From contig JALHOM010000001.1 of NCBI GenBank assembly GCA_022842995.1, positions 77,985-141,984 on the forward strand: a stretch of 64,000 nucleotides of DNA. The letters run 5' to 3'. Each line of letters opens with the position of its first letter. Position 1 is the first letter of the stretch. This document shows, piece after piece, positions 26,249 to 36,156 of the stretch. The DNA is from Candidatus Saccharimonadota bacterium. Lineage in GTDB: Bacteria > Patescibacteriota > Saccharimonadia > Saccharimonadales > 2-12-FULL-41-12. The notes beneath the pieces are model-generated. The model saw only the letters and a program-made list of their open reading frames with translations. It had not been told where the DNA came from and made no database searches. The position numbers and the translations under genes are program-made.

Positions 26249-26944
26249 ATGAACAGCGAGTCGGTAAATAAAATTCAAGTACAGATACTCCGCCAACTTT
26301 CCAAAGGTGGCGGTAGGCGCTTTTCAGAAATTAACACCGGCGACGTTCCGACCGATCATTTTTCGTATCATCTCAAGCAACTCATCAAATATGGCTTTGT
26401 AGAAAAGTCGGCCGATAATCTCTATTCGCTGTCTGCGTACGGCAAAACACGGTCGATAATGCTCTATCCAAATAGCAACGGATTTATCGAACAAGGTTTT
26501 ATGGCTGTACGAATTGTTGTAACCAAAAAAGTCGGGAAAACGCTTAAATACTTAATCCAGGAGAGAATCGTCGAACCCTATAAAGGGGTCTACGGGACGC
26601 CGGGAGAAAAGATTTTATACGGAGAAAAGCTGAGCGAAGCCGCCGATCGCGCCCTCAAAGTCCAAACAGGACTAACCTGCCCGCTTGAACTAAAAGGCAT
26701 GATTCACATGTTTGACGAATTATCCGGCGAAATTATGCAAGATAAATATTTCTTTATTTTTAGCGGTTCAGAACCGAACGGCGAACTAATCGCATCAGGC
26801 AGAAGTGGCAAGAATATCTGGATTTCCAAAGACGAACTTATCAAATCCCCCAAACTAATTTCAGGTGGCAAAGAAATACTCGAAATCGCCGCATCAAGTC
26901 ACTACCGGGTGGAAGAAATAACCGCCAGTGTTTCTAGATATTAG
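26249..26944 (+). CDS. winged-HTH protein with a Nudix-like C-terminal domain
   Basis: The start is moved to MNSESVNKIQVQILRQLSKGG (wHTH-like). A degenerate Nudix-box-like stretch GEKLSEAADRALKVQTGL follows. Confidence 0.45.
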   Translation: MNSESVNKIQVQILRQLSKGGGRRFSEINTGDVPTDHFSYHLKQLIKYGFVEKSADNLYSLSAYGKTRSIMLYPNSNGFIEQGFMAVRIVVTKKVGKTLKYLIQERIVEPYKGVYGTPGEKILYGEKLSEAADRALKVQTGLTCPLELKGMIHMFDELSGEIMQDKYFFIFSGSEPNGELIASGRSGKNIWISKDELIKSPKLISGGKEILEIAASSHYRVEEITASVSRY

Positions 26945-27582
26945 AGTTTTTGCGAGACAACATTTAACCAACGCTTGCCGGCGTTCTTTTCACTGTCGTC
27001 ATTTTCAAAAACATCCACTTTTTCAAGTTTGGTGAATATCAAATTGCAAAATGAATCCGTAGTATATTGTCGACGGAATCGCTTAACTTTGGTTGTGAAA
27101 TTTGATTTTTCAATAAATCCTTCGGCATCTTGCTCGTGCAATGTCGTCGACAACACACAAACCCCATTTTTATTCAATAGACCGTGAATCTTATCAATAA
27201 CTCGCTTAGCGTCTTGTTCGGTAAATAAATGGACGAAAGCAATTCCCACAATAACATCAAAGGTTTTCCCGGCAAAGTCATGGGCCAAAAAGTCATCAAC
27301 GATTATATTTACTTTGGGAGCGTGCTTTTTTGCAACTTCAGCCATCTTCGGAGAAATCTCTACAGCGCTTACTTCGTAACCGTAATTTGAAAATAAGTTA
27401 GCGATATAGCCCGAACCAGTGCCTAATTCTAAAAGTGCCGGATGACTGGTGACCGGGAAATATTTCAGCATATCGGCAACCATTTTTTCGTCAGACTCTT
27501 GCCTGATTGCTACCTTTTTATCAAACTCGTCAGCAGTATCATCATAAGCTTGTTTATTGATTTGTATATAGTCATTTTGCAT
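26941..27582 (-). CDS. class I SAM-dependent methyltransferase
   Basis: Motif I LLELGTGSGYIA and motif post-I YEVSAVEIS. Confidence 0.75.
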   Translation of the reverse strand: MQNDYIQINKQAYDDTADEFDKKVAIRQESDEKMVADMLKYFPVTSHPALLELGTGSGYIANLFSNYGYEVSAVEISPKMAEVAKKHAPKVNIIVDDFLAHDFAGKTFDVIVGIAFVHLFTEQDAKRVIDKIHGLLNKNGVCVLSTTLHEQDAEGFIEKSNFTTKVKRFRRQYTTDSFCNLIFTKLEKVDVFENDDSEKNAGKRWLNVVSQKL

Positions 27583-27595
27583 CTATTAACCCCCG

Positions 27596-30244
27596 CTAAA
27601 GTTCGCCCCAGTTTTTGCCAATCTTGGTGTCGACCGTTAATTTGACCGGCAGTTTATGTACGTTTTCCATAATTTCTTTGAGTTTATGGGCAATTTCTGC
27701 TGTCTTGTCGTCCGGGGCTTCAACCAATATGGAATCGTGGATTTGTAGCAGCATAAAGGCGTCGCCAACCTCGTCCAGATAATCCTGAACCTTGATCATG
27801 GCAAGCTTCATGAGATCTGCCTCGGTACCCTGAATAGGCATATTGATCGCGGCACGCTCTGCCGCCTGACGCACGATAAAATTAGACGAATGAATATCTG
27901 GCATCGGTCGCCGTCGACCAAATAAAGTCTCGACGTAGCCCTGTTTTTTGGCGATTTCTTTGAGGTGATTCATATAATCGAGCAGTGGTTTACGAAGCTC
28001 GAAGTATTTATCGATAAACTGCTTGGCAGCAACAAATGTCATTCCGGTTGCAGCGCTCAAACCATGCGGGCTCATGCCATACAAAATTCCAAAATTAATC
28101 ACTTTGGCGTCACGTCGCATGGTTTTAGTAACGTCTTCTGGTAAGCGCCCGTAGACCTGTGCAGCAGTTGCGGTGTGAATATCCATATCGGCATTGAACA
28201 TATCTATCAGCTCTTTGTCTTCAGCCAAAACAGCAGCCAGCCTGAGTTCAAACTGGCTATAATCGGCGCTGATGAGGCTGTAGCCCGGGCGCGTGATAAA
28301 GGCTGTGCGAATCCGGTTGCCGAGTTCCGTCCGCGTCGGGATATTTTGCAGATTCGGTTCAAGACTCGATAAACGCCCCGTCTGGGCAGTCGTTAGGCTA
28401 AAGGTGGTATGTAGTCTGTCTTCTGAATCTACCTGGTTTGGTAGCGTCTCGACGTAGGTATTCATGAGTTTCGTTACTTCGCGGTACTGCGTTATCAACT
28501 CTACTATTGGATGGAGAGCACGTAATTTATCCAGCTCGTTGGCCGCCGTAGAATAACCAGTTTTGCCTTTTTTTACACCTTGAGTAGGCAGGCCCAGCTT
28601 CTCGAACAATATGGTCGATAATTGCTGCGGTGACGAAATATTGAACTGTTCATCGGCATGCCCATAAATTTCTTGTTCAAGGTCGGAAATTGTGTCCTTC
28701 AGCTCCTCGGCAAAGTTCTTTAGGTAGTCGCTATCGAGCAAAATTCCCCGATGCTCCATCATGCCGAGCACTGGAATAACCGGCCATTCAATGTCGCTCG
28801 CGAGCTTGATAATCATCGTCAGCTCGCTCATTTGCTCGGACTGCAGGGCGTGAAGTTTGCGAATAATATCAATAATTAATGGCACTCTTTCTAAAAATTC
28901 ATCGGGAGATATCGTATCGAGTTCTACCCCGTCATAGCCCAAATCCGACCGAGCTAAATCAGTGAGAGACTGCTCTCTCCTGAGAGAATTGATCAAAAAT
29001 GCCCCGATCAAAACGTCGTGCGAAACATTGCGGATATCTGCGCCTACTTCACTGGCGACCTCTAGCGATGATTTTAGGTCATGGCCAATAAGTTCAGTCT
29101 TCTCTAGATTTGCCAAAACACGCCGCAGGTCTTCGTCACCCACCCCATCGCTATGAATTACATATATGAGATTCGGTTTCGGAGAGATAACGACGTAGCG
29201 CCAGCGTTTCCCGTGTTTACCCTCGCAGTAACTGTGTATAACAGCCTCTTTCATGTCGGTTGGGATATCTAGTATTCCATCGGGTTTAGTAATGTTTACC
29301 ACCTTGGCCTTGGCAGAAAAATCAAAAGAGGCGGCAGAAGTCTGCACAGCAGATTCATCTACTCGCATAATCTCGGGCAACTGCCGGACCAAGCTCCTAA
29401 ACTCTAGCTTCTGCAACTGCGCCATAACCTTATTGGGATCGCATTTGCTGCCGTCGACCTCCTTAAAATCAAGCTTCAAAGGTGCGTCGGTCCAAATACG
29501 AGCGAGTTCTTTACTTAAATAAGCAGAATCCTTGCCCTCGACCAGTTTTTTATGGGTCGAACCAGAGATTAAATCAATATTTTCATAGATTCCGTCGAGG
29601 GTTTTATGCTCCTGAAGCAGCGCGATGGCTCCTTTTTCGCCAATGCCGGGAACTCCCGGGATATTATCGGAACTATCGCCTTTCAGAGCCTTGAGGTCCA
29701 AAAACTGATCCGGCGTGACACCATATTTCTCGGTAAAGCTTTCTGGGTGATATTCCTCGATACTACTCAGGCCTTTTTTGAGCGCATAGACCTTCACGTG
29801 ACCGTTGATTAGCTGAAGCATATCTAAATCTGAGGTTACGAGTAGTGTCTCGACATCTTTTTCACGAGCCTGCACTGCCAAAGACCCCATAATATCGTCG
29901 GCCTCATAATCATCTAGCTCATACAGAGGCCAGCCAAAGGCATCCAGCAATTCGTGAAGCAATGGTATTTGCGCATAAAAATCTGGTGGGGGCGGCTTGC
30001 GACCAGCTTTATAGGCCGGATACATCTCTAGCCGACGACGAATATTGGTCTTCGGCTTATCCCACGCCACACAGACATAATCTGGCTTCAGGCGCTTAAT
30101 GACTTCCAGGGCCATAACGGCAAAACCATACACTCCACCAGTTGGCGTGCCGTCCTTGGTCGACAGATTTGGCATGGCATAATACCCACGGTAAAAAACC
30201 GATTTTCCGTCGATAATTACTAGTTTTTTCCGAGCCTCACTCAT
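27596..30244 (-). CDS. polA: DNA polymerase I
   Basis: 882 aa with an N-terminal 5' nuclease domain. Pol motifs LISADYSQFELRLAA, RRDAKVINFGILYG and LLQIHDSILVE. Confidence 0.95.
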   Translation of the reverse strand: MSEARKKLVIIDGKSVFYRGYYAMPNLSTKDGTPTGGVYGFAVMALEVIKRLKPDYVCVAWDKPKTNIRRRLEMYPAYKAGRKPPPPDFYAQIPLLHELLDAFGWPLYELDDYEADDIMGSLAVQAREKDVETLLVTSDLDMLQLINGHVKVYALKKGLSSIEEYHPESFTEKYGVTPDQFLDLKALKGDSSDNIPGVPGIGEKGAIALLQEHKTLDGIYENIDLISGSTHKKLVEGKDSAYLSKELARIWTDAPLKLDFKEVDGSKCDPNKVMAQLQKLEFRSLVRQLPEIMRVDESAVQTSAASFDFSAKAKVVNITKPDGILDIPTDMKEAVIHSYCEGKHGKRWRYVVISPKPNLIYVIHSDGVGDEDLRRVLANLEKTELIGHDLKSSLEVASEVGADIRNVSHDVLIGAFLINSLRREQSLTDLARSDLGYDGVELDTISPDEFLERVPLIIDIIRKLHALQSEQMSELTMIIKLASDIEWPVIPVLGMMEHRGILLDSDYLKNFAEELKDTISDLEQEIYGHADEQFNISSPQQLSTILFEKLGLPTQGVKKGKTGYSTAANELDKLRALHPIVELITQYREVTKLMNTYVETLPNQVDSEDRLHTTFSLTTAQTGRLSSLEPNLQNIPTRTELGNRIRTAFITRPGYSLISADYSQFELRLAAVLAEDKELIDMFNADMDIHTATAAQVYGRLPEDVTKTMRRDAKVINFGILYGMSPHGLSAATGMTFVAAKQFIDKYFELRKPLLDYMNHLKEIAKKQGYVETLFGRRRPMPDIHSSNFIVRQAAERAAINMPIQGTEADLMKLAMIKVQDYLDEVGDAFMLLQIHDSILVEAPDDKTAEIAHKLKEIMENVHKLPVKLTVDTKIGKNWGEL

Positions 30245-30315
30245 TACGTATTAGTATACGCCATTGTACCGGGATTGAGAGCAGGCCACATTTTTGAGCA
30301 AAAGATCATCGATCT

Positions 30316-30978
30316 TTACCCACGTTGAGCGAGATTGTCTAAAACGCTGGATACTTTATCGGCTTGCATCCTAATTTGCTCGACATCCTTTTTGCCAGTT
30401 CCATAGCGGTCAACCGGACTTCTATCAGTTTCCCTAAATCCAAGCCTACTAAGCCAATCAATTACACCGGTGTTCAATGCATCTGGATATGCGGCAACAG
30501 GTTGGTTGGGATTAGCTGCTTCAAGTAAAACGCTAAGCATAGATCTTGCCACTCCCTGGTTTTGATATTCAGGATAAACGGCAATCATACTAATCCATAA
30601 AAAACGCTTACTCGGATTAGGACCATAGCGCTTAATTAGCCGCTCGTGCAAAGGCCCTGATACATTTTGGGCTGCGAAAAGTGTGCCGACCACCGCAGAC
30701 CCACCTACTTCACGAGCGACGATTACTTTCGAACCCCATAATTCATTCCCAGCCCGAATCCGACCCCCAACATCACGATTTGGGTCGATTAGTGACTGCA
30801 TGTAGCCTTCGGGGTCATTCCACCGAACGAAATGATCCACTTGCTCGGATGTGCGGCGATGTTCCTCGGGTAACTGTAACTGTCGAAATCCCTCAGCCTC
30901 TCGTGAAACCTTCTGAACATCTCTACATAGTTCAGGAGTTAGTTCAGGAACACCAAGTAATCGAAAATCGTATTTCAT
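30316..30978 (-). CDS. GNAT-family acetyltransferase-like protein
   Basis: VYPEYQNQGVARSML motif A-like. Confidence 0.6.
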   Translation of the reverse strand: MKYDFRLLGVPELTPELCRDVQKVSREAEGFRQLQLPEEHRRTSEQVDHFVRWNDPEGYMQSLIDPNRDVGGRIRAGNELWGSKVIVAREVGGSAVVGTLFAAQNVSGPLHERLIKRYGPNPSKRFLWISMIAVYPEYQNQGVARSMLSVLLEAANPNQPVAAYPDALNTGVIDWLSRLGFRETDRSPVDRYGTGKKDVEQIRMQADKVSSVLDNLAQRG

Positions 30979-31020
30979 ATCTAAAAATCCTGCTCTGGCC
31001 TAAATTCTCTCAAGAGAATA

Positions 31021-31290
31021 TCATGTCTGGTGTCGAACAATTTCTTGAGCATTACGTACAATTTGCCCGAGTGCAGTAAATGGATTTTGATGAGTAGCTG
31101 CAGGCTCCGTACCCGTACCTAGCTCGAACGCATCCGAAATTACGTATGTTGCCGGAAGTTCAATTCGGCCTGAATCATGCGCAACAAGTGAACGAAGCAT
31201 TTGTCCACTGTTCTGCAGCCAATTTCCTGCATTTGTAGCCACTAAGACACTTGTTTCTCCTGAAATTCGATCAGCAACATGCGAAAACAC
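31021..31290 (-). other. short ORF, possible gene remnant
   Basis: The frame is open upstream to 31370 without any ATG and has only a GTG start. No family recognised. Confidence 0.2.
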
Positions 31291-31360
31291 TTCGTCGCCA
31301 TTTGACGTATTTGGTTTAAAAACTTCAACGGCAGTATCTGGCGATGTCGTACAGGCTATA

Positions 31361-31549
31361 TTGCTATCTGAACAAGGCTATGGGATTTCGATTGAACACC
31401 CTGTTATTGCCGAAAGTTTCCGTGAAATACTCAAACTACTGCATCACTATATAAAGCTCAGGCCCGACTACGAACAAGTCCTCAAAGAGTCGAAGTTTGA
31501 CATGATTCCAGATGAGCCAGCGTCAACATCTAAAGCTAAGATAAATTAA
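31361..31549 (+). other. short ORF, possible gene remnant
   Basis: 62 aa with a TTG start. Looks like the C-terminal piece of a larger protein. Confidence 0.2.
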
Positions 31550-31621
31550 TCATGATTGATCATTTAAAAATCAACGCCTCTCGGGCTGGTATGAAATTTT
31601 CATGAAAATATGTTCTTAATT

Positions 31622-31650
31622 TTGCAGTATAGTTAATTTGGTTGTATAAT
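31622..31650 (+). promoter_or_regulatory. promoter candidate for CDS 31677-32174
   Basis: TTGCAG-N17-TATAAT. Confidence 0.4.
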
Positions 31651-31676
31651 ACTGTTTGTTAATTTTAGAGACAAAC

Positions 31677-32174
31677 ATGAAAACAAATATTGAAGAGTTG
31701 CGACCCGTCGCGCCCGCTTGCCCTGACACTGTTGATACTTTTCTGGAGTTAGTTGGGGCACTAACCGGAAATACTGCCCGAGTTTTACAGGCCGTAAAAA
31801 ATCGAGGAGAACCAAACGAAACCTCCACACAACTATCGTACTTTCCCGAAGGAATTACATCCCCCGAGATACCTTACGTTAAGCTCCTGGGTATTCTGTC
31901 GGTAAGCCACGCGCTCGATGATCCTCGACTCAACAAAGACGCGACAGCGATAACTGCCTACACTCTACTAGAAATTGCCGGATTCAAGCAGATCACCCCG
32001 ATTAGAGAAGTTATGATAGATCTTGATTTTGTCGACCCAGACAAGCACGAACAACCCGATTTAATATACGAAATTTTGGGGCCGCGGCGCGGACCACTCG
32101 GTGACGCCGAGGTTTATCAATTATTCGGTCTTTTGACGCCACTTATGGCCGTCCGGCGACCTGTTGAAGCATAG
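31677..32174 (+). CDS. hypothetical protein
   Basis: The start is moved to MKTNIEEL behind the consensus-like promoter. 165 aa. No family recognised. Confidence 0.45.
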   Translation: MKTNIEELRPVAPACPDTVDTFLELVGALTGNTARVLQAVKNRGEPNETSTQLSYFPEGITSPEIPYVKLLGILSVSHALDDPRLNKDATAITAYTLLEIAGFKQITPIREVMIDLDFVDPDKHEQPDLIYEILGPRRGPLGDAEVYQLFGLLTPLMAVRRPVEA

Positions 32175-33006
32175 TTTTGTAAACTATCTTCAATATTTGC
32201 CGCTTGCCAGGTTTAACTTTACGCTCATAGACTATCAGCGGATTAGCCAAAATCACTTCTGCCGACCATCCATACAGATTATTTGCTATAGCAATAGCTA
32301 GGCGCTTTCTGAGCGGAATAAATTTGTATCCAGCCTCAGCTTGAGCTTGCCATTTTTTGTAACGATCTATTTCCGCCCGCATAAATCTGTTAAAGTCGAC
32401 CGGACTACTTGTAGCAGTCTCTTCGTTTAAATCCTTGAGCCCATATGCCCTCAGTTGCTCGGTTGGAAAATACTGGCGTTCCAAGCCATTGTCTTCGTCT
32501 ATATCCCGAATAAAATTCACCCACTGCATCGCCCTACCCTGGGTTTGCGCTGCTTTATAACTAGCCTTCGGCAGACCTAATATTTTGGCCATCATCAGCC
32601 CGATAACTTCGGCCGATCCATACACATAGTCGAGCGAATCATTCAGCGTTCGGCATTTTTGGTGATCAAGATCGGACTCCATTGCCTGCAAGAAAGCCTC
32701 GACCCACTCTGGATTAATATCGTATTTACGCACCAAATAAACCATGTTTTTTACCGCACGCTTTTGCGCTGTATCATTCGGCGAGAACCATAACTCAGAT
32801 TTTTGGAGTTGCTTTTGCCAGGCATCTTTAAACGCCATAAACCCTCTGCTGTCAGCCGGCCGATCATCAACAAAGTTATCCGCTAATCGAACAAAGCTAT
32901 ACAAGCGAAAGACATCAACCCGCACCTTCCGCGGGAAAAACAGCGAACTCACGTAGTACGTTTTGCTCGCCTTCTTAAAAATTTTTGACTCGAGCTTACG
33001 GCCCAC
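32143..33006 (-). CDS. phytoene/squalene synthase family (head-to-head prenyl condensing enzyme)
   Basis: Asp-rich motifs LADNFVDD and NFIRDIDEDNGLERQYFP. Also YVYGSAEVIGLMM. Confidence 0.75.
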   Translation of the reverse strand: MGRKLESKIFKKASKTYYVSSLFFPRKVRVDVFRLYSFVRLADNFVDDRPADSRGFMAFKDAWQKQLQKSELWFSPNDTAQKRAVKNMVYLVRKYDINPEWVEAFLQAMESDLDHQKCRTLNDSLDYVYGSAEVIGLMMAKILGLPKASYKAAQTQGRAMQWVNFIRDIDEDNGLERQYFPTEQLRAYGLKDLNEETATSSPVDFNRFMRAEIDRYKKWQAQAEAGYKFIPLRKRLAIAIANNLYGWSAEVILANPLIVYERKVKPGKRQILKIVYKTMLQQVAGRP

Positions 33007-33019
33007 TTTTTGCCCTTTC

Positions 33020-34105
33020 TTACGTTTTTCGCTCCAGGAAATAGCCTGCCATATTTCGCAAAAAATCTAATGAAGATTTATCAAATATTTCAGATACGAC
33101 CTGTATTTCTCGGAGTGCCCGGGCATTTTCACGAAACTCGCGTTCCTTAACCACCGCGTAAGCACCCAAACTATGTGCAAGCTCAACAAATTTCGTAAAA
33201 TCGTCCGGACTGATATTCTCATTACCCAATGTCTTTGAAATGAATAAGCGTTGGTCTGCGTTTGCGACTTTCATCATCTCCGCAACAATTAATGTTCGCT
33301 TGCCTTCACAAATATCACTGTCCTTGTCCTTGCCGTTGTTGCTCGATTCATAGGTTTGACGGTCATCACCTAACTGGAAAAGCATGCCAAGAGCATCCCC
33401 TAAGGCTTCTACCATTTTTAGTTGACCCGCCGAAGCATCTCCAAGGAGCATTCCAACTTGAAGTGGCATCGTAATAGTATAAAGTGAGGTTTTGAGCCGG
33501 ATCACACGCTCTATTTCCTCCGGCAATACCTGATTTCTGTAAGCGTTGATAACATCGTAGGTTTGACCGCTTGCTGTAGCTACTAAACAATCGTTAATCA
33601 TTGTGGTAGTTTTTTTAATCCGGTCTTCAGGGAAGCCTTTCAGCCATTGCCATTCTCGTGCAGCGAAATGCTGAATAGAAAAAATTGCGTTGCACGCCAG
33701 AGATAATCCGATATGATCTGCCACTTCCGGATAATCCCCGCGATATTCTTCCGCTAAGGCCACGTGGGTAACCGGTAGTCCGTGTCTAGTCCGTGCTCTA
33801 TCTTGGATATCGTCTATTCCTAAAATATAGGCATGAAATAACTCCATTAGAGCACCCGCATGGGCAATCTGGTCGGCCTTCGATTCCTCACCACCAACAA
33901 GCCGATAGCCCACACCAATAAGGATACCTCTAATGCGCTTCGACTCCCTCGAAGTGTACTGATTAAGTAGCGGTATATATGGCCCAAAAGCTTCCTCGCC
34001 GTACTTCTCCATGACCTCATCTCGAATTTGTTCAGCTACCGAATCACAGTGTTCGTGAATCGGCTCTTGTTTTTTTTCTAATTCGGATGCAAAGCCTTTT
34101 ATCAC
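33020..34105 (-). CDS. polyprenyl diphosphate synthase family
   Basis: First Asp-rich motif ILGIDDIQDRARTRHG. The second motif is degenerate: FQLGDDRQT instead of DDxxD. Confidence 0.75.
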   Translation of the reverse strand: MIKGFASELEKKQEPIHEHCDSVAEQIRDEVMEKYGEEAFGPYIPLLNQYTSRESKRIRGILIGVGYRLVGGEESKADQIAHAGALMELFHAYILGIDDIQDRARTRHGLPVTHVALAEEYRGDYPEVADHIGLSLACNAIFSIQHFAAREWQWLKGFPEDRIKKTTTMINDCLVATASGQTYDVINAYRNQVLPEEIERVIRLKTSLYTITMPLQVGMLLGDASAGQLKMVEALGDALGMLFQLGDDRQTYESSNNGKDKDSDICEGKRTLIVAEMMKVANADQRLFISKTLGNENISPDDFTKFVELAHSLGAYAVVKEREFRENARALREIQVVSEIFDKSSLDFLRNMAGYFLERKT

Positions 34106-34686
34106 AAATACTCTTTCAAAGCGGCTTTGGCCTGCAGGATGAAATCATCAAGGCTTGAAGCGTTGTTTTCTATGACAATATCGGCCATCCTCTTCATGGC
34201 TACTAAGTTAGATATTGTCTTATCGCTCTGATCGACATCGATCTCTGATCTTTCTGTTGCCATGAACTCTTCAAATGATCTACCCGATTCATTAGCGTCT
34301 CTTTGACGTTTCTGCGAACGCTCATACCTAATTTGAGGGTCAGCATCGACAAAAATCAGCTTACCGCCAAGTTCATGGATTCGTTCCTCTTCGCCAATTG
34401 CTCTCACGCCACTGGCGATACAACCCCCCGGATACCGATCTTTAGCCGATAGCCAATCTTCATAGACAATATCAATCAAAAAACCAGGACCTCTTTCGGC
34501 GCGCAAATTATTTATAAATGGATCATTTCGAGTCAACAATGCCTCTGGCCGATCACCGAAAACATCTCGTTTCATCTGGCGAATACGATCCGACGTCGAA
34601 ACATGCAAAAAACCATGGTTTTCTTGCAACCAATTTCCCAAACTATCCTTACCGGCATTCAACGTACCGGCCAACCCAAATATCAT
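34102..34686 (-). CDS. P-loop nucleotide/nucleoside kinase-like protein
   Basis: N-terminal GLAGTLNAGKDS P-loop. 194 aa. ATGA overlap with the polyprenyl synthase gene. Confidence 0.5.
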   Translation of the reverse strand: MIFGLAGTLNAGKDSLGNWLQENHGFLHVSTSDRIRQMKRDVFGDRPEALLTRNDPFINNLRAERGPGFLIDIVYEDWLSAKDRYPGGCIASGVRAIGEEERIHELGGKLIFVDADPQIRYERSQKRQRDANESGRSFEEFMATERSEIDVDQSDKTISNLVAMKRMADIVIENNASSLDDFILQAKAALKEYL

Positions 34687-34725
34687 ATGTATTATTCTAC
34701 CTGCTTGTACTCAAAAAATTAAATT

Positions 34726-35913
34726 CTAAGTACGAATAAGTAAGGCGTCTGCTGCTTGCATTTTTCTTAAAGCTGAATTTTCTAACTTTCGGATAGCGTC
34801 ACGATTCACGCCATTTAATTTTGCGACCTCGTCTTGGGTTTGTTGTTGATTTCCAAATAAGCCAAATCTGCGCACTAGCACGTCGCGCTCTTTTCCAGTG
34901 AGTTTAGCTTCCTGAAAAGCGGCCTCTATATCATCACTCAATGCATTAGCAAATACTTGTTCCACGATTGCCAGTTCTGGATCCGCTATTCTTTCAACAT
35001 ACGTAGTCACCTTACTGCTCTTTGTCTGATCGCCAAAAGGCCTATCTAGTGATGGCGTTACACCAAGATCTCTCGATCGCTTTATATCTTCTACCTCTTC
35101 GACTGACATATCGAGTTCACAGGCAACCTCCTCTATGGCTGGTTCTCTCTGGAGAGCATAGCTCAATTCTCTCTCAACCCTCTCTAGCCGGTTGATATTG
35201 TGAACTACATGAACCGGTCTACGAATATTCGACCCCTTATCTGCAATTGCCCGCCTTATAAACTGATCAATCCAATTTGTAGCGTATGTAGAGAATTTGA
35301 AGCCCCTCCGATAATCAAACTTCTCTACGGCTCTCATAAGACCCAGGTTGCCCTCAGCTATTAAATCCATAAAATCTAAACCCTTGCCTTGATATCTCTT
35401 CGCTACACTAACAACAAGCCTGAGATTGCTTTCAATAAATTTATTTTTAGCCGTTAAATCACCTTGTTCAACCTTTTTAGCAAGCTCAACTTCTTGGACT
35501 CCCTTTAGCAAGGGATACCTCGCAATCTCCCTGAGGTAAAGTCCGACTAGATCTAGCCCTCCTTTGTCTCGTTTATGCTCCACTGGATCTGATCCGGATA
35601 AATCGATAGTGCGATCTGGCTTTACTGTAATGTCACCCTGATCAGCTAATGCAGGTGCTTCTTCTGGGGCTTCCTCATGACTAGAGGCTACTGTGGAGCA
35701 GGTGCCGTTTTCACTTTCATCAACCCAACTCTGGACAGTTTCAGCAAGAGGTCTATCCTCAGGAGGTGAAGGCTCTGGATCGCCTTCATTAACACGACTT
35801 ACAGTACCGACTCTCGAGATTAACTTTGCGGCATCGACGATTCTGCGCGTAGCCTTACTATCGCCTAGTGCAATTTCGTATTGCATCGCTGATTTACCTA
35901 CATTTTTTGACAT
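34726..35913 (-). CDS. sigma-70 family factor (paralog 3)
   Basis: Region 2: [33 protein letters not shown]. Region 4.2: [27 protein letters not shown]. Acidic N-terminal extension of about 140 aa. Confidence 0.8.
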   Translation of the reverse strand: MSKNVGKSAMQYEIALGDSKATRRIVDAAKLISRVGTVSRVNEGDPEPSPPEDRPLAETVQSWVDESENGTCSTVASSHEEAPEEAPALADQGDITVKPDRTIDLSGSDPVEHKRDKGGLDLVGLYLREIARYPLLKGVQEVELAKKVEQGDLTAKNKFIESNLRLVVSVAKRYQGKGLDFMDLIAEGNLGLMRAVEKFDYRRGFKFSTYATNWIDQFIRRAIADKGSNIRRPVHVVHNINRLERVERELSYALQREPAIEEVACELDMSVEEVEDIKRSRDLGVTPSLDRPFGDQTKSSKVTTYVERIADPELAIVEQVFANALSDDIEAAFQEAKLTGKERDVLVRRFGLFGNQQQTQDEVAKLNGVNRDAIRKLENSALRKMQAADALLIRT

Positions 35914-35975
35914 ATAATATTTAATATATCAAAAAAATGATATTTAAGCACAACCGACTTCAAAGAGTCTAGAAC

Positions 35976-36057
35976 TTACTTTATGTAGTCGTGGAGTTTA
36001 CGGGCGTTTTTGTGCTTGCGAAGCTTGGCAAGGACTATGGCTTCGGTTGGCGAATCT
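35976..36057 (-). pseudogene. remnant of an rpoD 3' end (last ~25 codons plus stop)
   Basis: Encodes ...[22 protein letters not shown], versus the rpoD C-terminus ...[22 protein letters not shown]. The first ~48 nt from the stop are nearly identical to 37176-37223. Confidence 0.6.
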
Positions 36058-36156
36058 ACTAGGTTAGTTATGTGAAGAATTTTAGCCGACGTTTAACTTG
36101 AATTCTATCTGCTGCTGTTGCAATTCCACGTATCTTTTCTCAGGAATAACTCTAGC

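Noticed and set aside
31616-31830. Two overlapping 65-70-aa minus-strand ORFs.
   Set aside because: They cover the TTGCAG-N17-TATAAT promoter and the 5' end of the plus-strand CDS 31677-32174. They have no signals of their own.
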